Part shown: positions 19,594 to 25,722 of the stretch, in pieces
How the letters are laid out: every line of letters begins with the position of its first letter
How positions within the stretch are numbered: the stretch's first letter is position 1
Assembly (NCBI GenBank): GCA_016235455.1
Contig: JACRKZ010000103.1
Location: 32,481-58,202 of the forward strand
From: Armatimonadota bacterium
GTDB taxonomy: Bacteria > Armatimonadota > UBA10988
Direction: 5' to 3'
Length of the DNA stretch: 25,722 nt
The notes under the pieces: generated by a model
The model's database searches: none
Told to the model about the DNA's origin: nothing
Seen by the model: the letters and a program-made list of their open reading frames with translations, nothing else
Program-made: the position numbers and the translations under genes

Positions 19594-19602
19594 GCGCGGG
19601 GC

Positions 19603-19636
19603 AAAAACGAAGCGAGCCGGCCTAAGCCGGCTCGCT
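19603..19636 (-). terminator. Intrinsic terminator of the tRNA, probably also serving the convergent gene
   Basis: Perfect 11-bp stem AGCGAGCCGGC/GCCGGCTCGCT (19611-19636) with a 4-nt loop, followed on the minus strand by TCGTTTTT. Confidence 0.85.
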
Positions 19637-19638
19637 AA

Positions 19639-19711
19639 CGACCTGGGCCGGACTTGAACCGGCGGCCTCTTGCTCCGCAGGCAAGCGCTCTATCCACTGA
19701 GCTACCAGGTC
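19639..19711 (-). tRNA. tRNA-Arg, anticodon GCG (CCA not encoded)
   Basis: GACCTGG TA GCTC AGTGGATA GAGC G CTTGC CT-GCG-GA GCAAG AGGCC GCCGG TTCAAGT CCGGC CCAGGTC G. All four stems pair perfectly, with A20 and G73 arginine identity elements. Confidence 0.95.
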
Positions 19712-19724
19712 TCGAAGAGCCCAA

Positions 19725-19753
19725 ACTCTAGCATCGACCCCGTATGCCGTCAA
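19725..19753 (-). promoter_or_regulatory. Sigma70-type promoter of tRNA-Arg
   Basis: TTGACG-17 nt-TAGAGT with an extended -10 TG; the -10 ends 13 nt upstream of the tRNA. Confidence 0.75.
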
Positions 19754-20050
19754 GTGCCGTTGCACGGCGGGAGCGAGACCCAGCGTCGGCCTCTGCCCCG
19801 TGGCCGGCATCGCCCTGCCTGATGGCCATACGCCGCGCGCGTCGCGCCTCCGCCGCTATCCCAGAATGAAGCCTATGTGACGCGCGAACGCTGCATCTGC
19901 GGGCCGACTTGGACGATGCTGTAGCCAGCCGGCTTTCATGGCCCCCAGGCGGGCAGCATCCTGTCGTCTCGGTTGCGCCATCAGCCATCTGCGGTGGAGA
20001 CTACGCGTCCCCGTCGCTCCGGGCCTGTCGCGGGCGGAGGAGACGACGGG

Positions 20051-21652
20051 ATGACGACAGGTTTGTTCTTGTCGCGTGGTGGTGGAACGATCTCCGCAGT
20101 GCTGGATGTCGATGCCCTCGCCGCGCGGTACGACCAGGCAGTGACGTGTCGGGTGGTGGACTCTTTCTACGAAGCGGACGCCCAAGAGGAATTGCTGGCG
20201 CTGGTCAAGCGCGAGGGACTGAAAGCGGTGGTGCTGGCTGGGGAGTCGGTGCAGTCCTTCGAGCACACCCTCAGCGGCCCGCGGTTCATCGAGGATTTGG
20301 ACGCCGCCGGCGTGCCGACCACCAGGATCTCGTTCGCCAACCTGGCCGAGCATGTGGCCTGGGCCCACTCCGGTGAGCCGGCCCAAGCGGCGGTGAAGGC
20401 GCGGCTGCTGATCGATACCGCCTTGGCCAAGGCGGCCAGGTGCCACATTGGCGAAGAGGTCCTGCTGACGCCGCGGCGAGCGGTGCTCGTGATCGGCGGG
20501 GGCCGGCGCGGGCTGGCCGCGGCCAAGCAACTGCTGGACCTGGGCCTGCGCGTGATGGTCGTGGACAGCGCGCCCGAGCCGGCGCAGTGGCCCGATCCTG
20601 GCTGGATGGCGGTGCTGGCCGATCTGCGGCGCAGCCCGTCGGTTGACCTGTGGTACGGCACTCGTCTGGTCGACGTGAAGGGCTGGTGCGGCGGCTACGA
20701 GACGCAACTGGCGGGCCTGCATGGCGCGGATGACCTGCGGGTCGGGGGCTTCGTGGTCTGCACCGACGACCCCGAGGTGCTCGGCGAGCTGCAGTCGCTG
20801 CTGCAGATGGACCTGGACGATGCCGGCCTGCCGCGCTCGCCCTGGACCGGCAGCCTGACCGGCAAGACGCACAGCCCAGGCGTGTGGTTCGTGCCGCCCA
20901 CCACCGAGAGCGAGCCGCGCCAGGTGGCCGGCGCCACCAGCGGCCCCGTGCTGGCGCTGGTGGGCGGGCTGTTCAAGCCTGAGTTGCGCCACACCATCCT
21001 CATGTCGGAAGTCGACGCGGAGGTGTGTGGCGGGTGCGGCACGTGCGTCAAGACTTGCGCCTTTCACGCCGCGTCGATCGACTCTCAAGCCCGCTTGTCG
21101 CACACCGACATGCTGCGCTGCAAAGGCTGCGGCAACTGCGTCACCTCATGCCCGACCGGCGCGAGGGACCTGATTGCGTACCCATCACGTTACGTGCTCG
21201 ACGCCATCGACCTGCTGGCCAGCGAACGGCCCGATCCCAGCGAACCGGCGGTGCTGGCGGCCATGTGCGCCGGCTGCGGCACGCCCGCTGCCAATGCCGC
21301 CGCGCGCGACGGGCTGCCCATGGCCTACTCGGCCAACATCATGCCGCTGACCATCGAGTGCGGCGGCGCGGTCGACACGCAGTACGTGCTGCACGCCTTC
21401 GCCAAGGGCTTCGACGGCGTGGCGCTGTGCGTCTGCCGCGACAATCACTGCCACCACGTCGTGGGCAACCTCGATATGGAACGGCGACTCAGTCTGTTCC
21501 GCGACGTACTGCGTTCGCGTCGCATCAACCCCGAGCGGCTGCGCACGGTGAAGGTGGGTTGCGACGACGGCGAGGGCTTCCGGTCCGAGATGGCCGAGTT
21601 CACCGAGGATCTGCGGACCTACGGGCCGCTGGGCATGAGGAGGTCGCAATGA
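20051..21652 (+). CDS. Degenerate HdrA-like / 2x[4Fe-4S] ferredoxin / MvhD fusion (hydrogenase iron-sulfur subunit)
   Basis: GGAGGAG RBS before the ATG at 20051. HdrA-like ANLAEHVAWAH and VLVIGGG..GLAAA; ferredoxin motifs CGGCGTCVKTC and CKGCGNCVTSCP; MvhD motifs CAGC, ECGGAV, KGFDGV..C....CHH..GN and INPERL. Confidence 0.8.
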   Translation: MTTGLFLSRGGGTISAVLDVDALAARYDQAVTCRVVDSFYEADAQEELLALVKREGLKAVVLAGESVQSFEHTLSGPRFIEDLDAAGVPTTRISFANLAEHVAWAHSGEPAQAAVKARLLIDTALAKAARCHIGEEVLLTPRRAVLVIGGGRRGLAAAKQLLDLGLRVMVVDSAPEPAQWPDPGWMAVLADLRRSPSVDLWYGTRLVDVKGWCGGYETQLAGLHGADDLRVGGFVVCTDDPEVLGELQSLLQMDLDDAGLPRSPWTGSLTGKTHSPGVWFVPPTTESEPRQVAGATSGPVLALVGGLFKPELRHTILMSEVDAEVCGGCGTCVKTCAFHAASIDSQARLSHTDMLRCKGCGNCVTSCPTGARDLIAYPSRYVLDAIDLLASERPDPSEPAVLAAMCAGCGTPAANAAARDGLPMAYSANIMPLTIECGGAVDTQYVLHAFAKGFDGVALCVCRDNHCHHVVGNLDMERRLSLFRDVLRSRRINPERLRTVKVGCDDGEGFRSEMAEFTEDLRTYGPLGMRRSQ

Positions 21653-22548
21653 GCACCAAGCCCACCGTGGCGACGATCTGGCTGCAAGGCTGCTCGGGCT
21701 GCCACATCTCCCTGCTGGACTTGCACGAGGGGCTGGTCGACCTGCTTGGCGCGGTCGACCTGGTGGCCATGCCGTTGGCGGACGTCAAGACGATCCCGCG
21801 GGTCGACATCGGCATCGTCGAGGGCGCCGTGGCCAACGACGAGAACCTCGAAGCGCTGGAGCATCTGCGCGCGCAATGCACAACACTGGTGGCGCTGGGC
21901 ACCTGCGCCTGCTACGGCGGCCTGCCCTCACTCCGCAACCTGCACCGGGTAGAGGATGTACTGCGCTGTGGCTACGTGGAGACCGCCTCCACCGTCGATG
22001 GCGCCGTGCCCATCCATGCGGAACTGCCGCACCTGCTGCCGACCGTCCGGGCAGTGCATCAAGTGGTCAAGGTGGACGCGATGATCCCCGGCTGCCCGCC
22101 GGAGTCGCGAACCATCGCCGAAGCGCTCGGCGCGCTGCTCGCAGGCCAGCTGCCCAAGCGACACACGCACAACCTGTGCGTCGAGTGCGACCGACACAAG
22201 GATGCCCTGCTTAAGCCGACGCGCGACTTCGTGACGCAGGACGTCTGTGCGCCCAACGAACTGGAGCACATCGACCCCGACAAGTGCTTCCTGGAGCAGG
22301 GCGTCATGTGCCTGGGCCCGGCCACGGCGGCCGGCTGTGGTGGGCGCTGCCTGCTGGGCAACATGCCCTGCCGCGGCTGCATGGGGCCCACGCCGGGTGC
22401 GCTGGAGCAGGGCGCCAAGATGGTCAGTGCGCTCTCATCCATCCTGCCCGCGGGCGGACTCATGTTCATGGAGGATGTGGTCGGCTCCGGCTACCGCTAC
22501 TGCATGGCCACATCGATCATCCCCGAAGCCCTGGGCGAGGAGGCCTGA
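21649..22548 (+). CDS. mvhG: [NiFe] hydrogenase small subunit, MvhG-type
   Basis: Starts at [18 protein letters not shown] (ATGA overlap, GAGGAGG RBS); [19 protein letters not shown] and the distal-cluster Cys array CVEC..CFLEQG..CLGPAT..GC...C......CRGC.GP. Confidence 0.9.
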   Translation: MSTKPTVATIWLQGCSGCHISLLDLHEGLVDLLGAVDLVAMPLADVKTIPRVDIGIVEGAVANDENLEALEHLRAQCTTLVALGTCACYGGLPSLRNLHRVEDVLRCGYVETASTVDGAVPIHAELPHLLPTVRAVHQVVKVDAMIPGCPPESRTIAEALGALLAGQLPKRHTHNLCVECDRHKDALLKPTRDFVTQDVCAPNELEHIDPDKCFLEQGVMCLGPATAAGCGGRCLLGNMPCRGCMGPTPGALEQGAKMVSALSSILPAGGLMFMEDVVGSGYRYCMATSIIPEALGEEA

Positions 22549-22552
22549 TGCC

Positions 22553-23977
22553 ATGAGCAGCACAATCACCATCGCACCCGTCTCCCGACTCGAAGGACAC
22601 GGCAAGGTCACCCTGCAACTCGATGCCGGCGGCCAGGTTGAGTCGGCGCATTTCCACGTGGTCGAGTTCCGTGGGTTCGAGAAGTTCTGCGAGGGCCGGC
22701 TGGCCAGCGAGATGCCGGTCATCACGCCGCGCATCTGCGGCATCTGCCCCGTTTCGCACCATCTGGCGGCAGCCAAGGCCTGTGACGATGTGTTCGGCGT
22801 GGAGCTGCCGCCCGCCGCGGCCAAGCTGCGCGAGCTGATGCACCACGCGCAGACCATCCACTCTCACGCGCTGCACTTCTTCTATCTGGCGGCGCCCGAC
22901 TACCTGCTGGGGCCCGACTCCGACCCCAGCGCGCGCAACGTGGTCGGCCTGGTGCAGGCCGATCCCGAACTGGCCGTCAAGGCCATCCGCCTGCGCAAGG
23001 TGGGCCAGGAACTGGTCCGCCGCGTGGGCGGTCGCGGCATCCATCCAGTGACGGCCATCCCCGGCGGCATGAGCAAGCCGTTGAGCCACGAGGACCGCTA
23101 CGAGGCCAGCCGCGACCTGGCCGAGGCGATGCCGTTGGCCCGCTTGGCCATCGACCTGTGGAAGCAGCTCGCCGACCGCCACGGCGAGTTCATTGGCACC
23201 TTCGGGACCTCGCCCAGCAGCTACATGAGCCTGGTCAAGGGCGACACCATGGACCTGTACGACGGTGACGTGCGTGTCATCGACTCGGGCGGGCAGACGG
23301 TGACCGAGTTCGCGCCGCGCGAGTATGCCAATCACCTCAGCGAACGGGTCGAGCCATGGACCTACCTGAAGTTCCCCTATCTGACCCATCTCGGCTACCC
23401 CGCCGGCACCTACCGCGTCGGGCCGTTGGCCCGGCTCAACGTGGCCCAGCGGCTAACCACGCCGGAGGCGGACGCCGAACTGCGCGAGTTCAAGCAACTC
23501 GGCGCGGGCGGCTTGGTTCATTCCACGCTGCACTACCACTACGCACGCGTCATCGAGCTGCTGCACTCGGTGGAGCGAGCGCGCGAACTGATCGCGGACG
23601 ACGATATCGTCAGCCGCGAGGTGCGCGTGCAAGCCATTCGCTGTGCCGGCGAGGGGGTGGGCATCATCGAGGCGCCACGCGGAACGCTCATCCACCACTA
23701 CTGGGTGGACGATATGGGCAAGCTGGAGCGAGCCAACCTGATCGTCGGCACCATCCACAACAACCCCGCGCTCGATGCCACGGTGGGTGAAGTGGCCCGC
23801 CACTACGTGCACGACGGCCAGCCCACCGAGGGCGCGCTGAACCGCATCGAGATGGCGGTGCGCTGCTACGATCCGTGCCTGTCCTGCGCCACCCACGCCG
23901 TCGGGCAGATGCCCATGGTGGTCGAGGTGGTGGACGTTGCCGGGCAGGTGATCAACACCGTGCAAAGGGGGTCATGA
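22553..23977 (+). CDS. mvhA: [NiFe] hydrogenase large subunit, group 3c MvhA-type
   Basis: [17 protein letters not shown]1 [21 protein letters not shown] and L2 [12 protein letters not shown] followed by a cleavable C-terminal extension. ATG at 22553. All ligands are Cys, with no Sec. Confidence 0.93.
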   Translation: MSSTITIAPVSRLEGHGKVTLQLDAGGQVESAHFHVVEFRGFEKFCEGRLASEMPVITPRICGICPVSHHLAAAKACDDVFGVELPPAAAKLRELMHHAQTIHSHALHFFYLAAPDYLLGPDSDPSARNVVGLVQADPELAVKAIRLRKVGQELVRRVGGRGIHPVTAIPGGMSKPLSHEDRYEASRDLAEAMPLARLAIDLWKQLADRHGEFIGTFGTSPSSYMSLVKGDTMDLYDGDVRVIDSGGQTVTEFAPREYANHLSERVEPWTYLKFPYLTHLGYPAGTYRVGPLARLNVAQRLTTPEADAELREFKQLGAGGLVHSTLHYHYARVIELLHSVERARELIADDDIVSREVRVQAIRCAGEGVGIIEAPRGTLIHHYWVDDMGKLERANLIVGTIHNNPALDATVGEVARHYVHDGQPTEGALNRIEMAVRCYDPCLSCATHAVGQMPMVVEVVDVAGQVINTVQRGS

Positions 23978-23984
23978 CACAACC

Positions 23985-24224
23985 ATGGACGCCAAGACCC
24001 TGAGAGAGACCGTGATCAAACCCAAGCTCACGTCGGTGTTCGGCATGGTCATCGCCAGTTCGCTGGTGACCAAGGCCACCACGGCGGCAATGGCCGTGCC
24101 AGGCGAACACGACAAGGCGCGCGCCATGGTGAGCGCCGTCTGCAACGACCCGCGCGTGCTCAGCATGTGGGGTGCGGCGCAGGCCAGCAAGCAGGGCCAT
24201 GAGTGGATCGCCATGGTGCCGTAG
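23985..24224 (+). CDS. Small helical hypothetical protein, last gene of the hydrogenase operon
   Basis: Starts 7 nt after the mvhA stop; 79 aa; strong G/C third-position bias like real genes; followed by a long hairpin. Confidence 0.7.
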   Translation: MDAKTLRETVIKPKLTSVFGMVIASSLVTKATTAAMAVPGEHDKARAMVSAVCNDPRVLSMWGAAQASKQGHEWIAMVP

Positions 24225-24248
24225 CGCAGCACGCATTGCAGCGCAGCT

Positions 24249-24284
24249 AGACAGAGGCCGGGCCTGGCGGCCCGGCCTCTGTCT
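24249..24284. terminator. 16-bp perfect inverted repeat between convergent transcription units (terminator-like, no U-tract)
   Basis: AGACAGAGGCCGGGCC-TGGC-GGCCCGGCCTCTGTCT. Confidence 0.65.
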
Positions 24285-24387
24285 GCTGTCGCGCCGCACA
24301 GGACAGGCAGGCGGGAGCCGGAGCCGCCGCGATGCGTTCTGGGCCGCCGGCCCTGTGCCCGAGGCCGCTCATACCTGGGGCGCTCCA

Positions 24388-25020
24388 TCAGGGCTCGGGG
24401 ATGTTGTCTCGATTGTGCATCGTCGGCGCGGTGTGGATGTCGCCGCTGGGCCTGAGGGTCTGCTCCCAGCGCAGCCACTTCACGTGGCCATCGGCGAAGG
24501 CGTAGTTCGAGCCGTCGAAGTGCCGCTTGGCGTCGAGCGCGTCGAGTTCGAACTCAGCCGTGTTGTAGAAGACGTGATAGTCCTCCTCTTCCACAGTGCC
24601 CAGGCGCTCGGCGAACATGATCTGTTCAGCCGGGGTCTGGAACGCGGCCAGGCTGATGCCGTGGCCGAAGACACCGTTCACCAGGTAGTCGGTCTTGGTG
24701 GTGGTCGTGCCGCGGTTCGACATCGAGGGACAACGGAACACCTGGTCACTCTTGATGTACGGCTGCAGCGGTCGGTACCACGAGTAGCCCGTGGTGTGGT
24801 TGGCGTGCATGGTGGCCTCGTCCCAGTCCTGGCAATACTGGACCACGGCCAGTCCGATCTGCTTGAGGTTCGAGGTACAACTGACCTGGCGGGCCTTCTC
24901 ACGGGCCTTGGCGAACACAGGGAACAGGATCGCCGCCAGGATGGCGATGATCGCGATGACAACCAACAACTCGATCAGCGTAAAGGCAGCCGTCGACGGA
25001 CGGCGTCCACAAGTCTTCAT
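24388..25020 (-). CDS. Prepilin-type N-terminal cleavage/methylation, DUF1559, H-X9-DG domain protein
   Basis: [51 protein letters not shown]; F.CPS; [16 protein letters not shown]; GGGAG RBS. Confidence 0.92.
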   Translation of the reverse strand: MKTCGRRPSTAAFTLIELLVVIAIIAILAAILFPVFAKAREKARQVSCTSNLKQIGLAVVQYCQDWDEATMHANHTTGYSWYRPLQPYIKSDQVFRCPSMSNRGTTTTKTDYLVNGVFGHGISLAAFQTPAEQIMFAERLGTVEEEDYHVFYNTAEFELDALDAKRHFDGSNYAFADGHVKWLRWEQTLRPSGDIHTAPTMHNRDNIPEP

Positions 25021-25074
25021 GGGAACTCCCGGGCGTAACAGGGTCGTGCCGACCCGAGGTCGGCGCGGGCAATG

Positions 25075-25413
25075 TCAGTGAGCCACGTGGGGAGGTCCGC
25101 GAACGGCGGGCTGGGTGGCGGCCGCGACGGTCGGGCGCGGCGTGCTTGGTGCCGGCACGGCACTTGGGGTCACCGGCCAGGGCAGGGCCGTCGCCGTGCC
25201 GGCCATGGCCGGCAGCGCCGAGGCCACGCATAGCAGGCAGTCGTCGGCCGTGCTCAGGCCCGCCAGCTGGGCGACCGGTGCTGGGCTGGCGGTGAGTACC
25301 AGGTCGCGGTGGGTGAGCGGGTGCAGTATGGCTAGGGCAAACCAAGCCAGCGCGCTCAAGCGAGCGAGCGCCGGATTGGCTCCATGGGCTGCACGGCGCA
25401 GGAAGCGCTCCAC
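25075..25413 (-). CDS. DUF2946/CruR-like leader protein (TM/signal helix, HxxxH, CxxC, C-terminal RGPP); putative ribosome-arrest peptide
   Basis: GTG start at 25413 with GAGGGA upstream; 112 aa MERFLRR...LSALAWFALAIL-HPLTH...DDCLLC...Pro/Ala-rich...AVRGPPHVAH; ends 54 nt upstream of the DUF1559 gene. Confidence 0.7.
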   Translation of the reverse strand: MERFLRRAAHGANPALARLSALAWFALAILHPLTHRDLVLTASPAPVAQLAGLSTADDCLLCVASALPAMAGTATALPWPVTPSAVPAPSTPRPTVAAATQPAVRGPPHVAH

Positions 25414-25530
25414 GTCATCCCTCGTCAGACAGTGAGCAGTATGCGCTGCGCCATTACGTTTGTCCGGCAAGGAGGGATCGACGAATGGGCGGCGTAGCCC
25501 GCGCGCAACAACTCGCGGAGAGCAGTCATC

Positions 25531-25722
25531 GTGGAACTGACCAGCATTGAACGCATGACGTTGACCCTGGAGCGCCGGACGGTGGACCATGTGCCCGTGG
25601 CCGTGAGCCGGTGGGGCGCTACGGTGGAGCGGTGGCGCCGGGAAGGGCATCTGGCTCAGGGCGAGGATGTCAGCCAGCATTTTGGCCAGGACCTGTGCAG
25701 CGGTGGCTGGCTGAACGGCACC
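25531..25722 (+). CDS. Uroporphyrinogen decarboxylase/methyltransferase-family protein, 3'-partial
   Basis: Not in the ORF track because it has no stop in the window. GTG at 25531 after GGAG; MELTSIERM..TLERRTVDHVP....W.ATVERWRREG matches the T..ER......DxVP / T..RW..EG N-terminus of URO-D-like proteins. Confidence 0.7.
   Translation, partial: MELTSIERMTLTLERRTVDHVPVAVSRWGATVERWRREGHLAQGEDVSQHFGQDLCSGGWLNGT

Noticed and set aside
19622-19810. 62-aa minus-strand ORF
   Set aside because: It runs through the tRNA, its promoter and its terminator.
19760-20050. CRP/FNR/Rex or sigma54 site upstream of the hydrogenase operon
   Set aside because: Only a TGTGA half-site without a matching second half; the GG/GC spacing does not fit -24/-12.
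21025-22552. Long N-terminal extensions of the MvhG (from 21025) and MvhA (from 22247) ORFs
   Set aside because: They overlap the upstream genes in other frames; the starts at 21649 and 22553 have RBSs and match the family N-termini.
20051-23977. Selenocysteine or a split Vhu-type large subunit
   Set aside because: No in-frame TGA; all ligand positions present are Cys and L2 lies within MvhA.
19600-24300. Hydrogenase operon as a tRNA-integrated island
   Set aside because: No integrase, no duplicated tRNA 3' end seen and no evident composition shift; the operon lies on the 5' side of the tRNA.
25414-25680. N-terminal extension of the 201-aa ORF 25075..25680
   Set aside because: It overlaps the divergent URO-D-like gene starting at 25531 and has no protein-like features; the GTG at 25413 has an RBS and gives a coherent leader protein.

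Overview
High-GC bacterial chromosome segment with no mobile element or CRISPR array visible. Armatimonadota is a plausible source (inferred from the N-methyl-Phe/DUF1559/H-X9-DG protein, the outer-membrane barrel and the sugar-active enzymes). From left to right it contains: the 3' part of a large outer-membrane beta-barrel gene; pirin; a secreted clan GH-A-like hydrolase; a minus-strand run (beta-helix protein, short KdpD-like kinase, KdpE, KimA-type K+ transporter, DUF4038 hydrolase); an esterase; rpmE-DUF1385-prfA; a metzincin-thioredoxin fusion; a GTPase-like DUF697 protein; tRNA-Arg(GCG); a group 3c [NiFe] hydrogenase operon (degenerate HdrA-MvhD fusion, MvhG, MvhA, small orphan); a DUF1559 pilin-like gene; and the start of a URO-D-family gene. 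The best candidate for an undescribed system is a 112-aa DUF2946/CruR-like leader ORF (hydrophobic helix, HxxxH, CxxC, C-terminal RGPP) 54 nt upstream of the DUF1559 gene. Its Gly-Pro-Pro codons can base-pair with that gene's Shine-Dalgarno, suggesting a metal- or secretion-responsive ribosome-stalling switch. Other highlights are the cofactor-stripped HdrA fused to MvhD with no HdrBC, a KdpE-box-like repeat in front of kimA, and the GCG-anticodon tRNA-Arg. All family calls come from motif recognition, not database searches.
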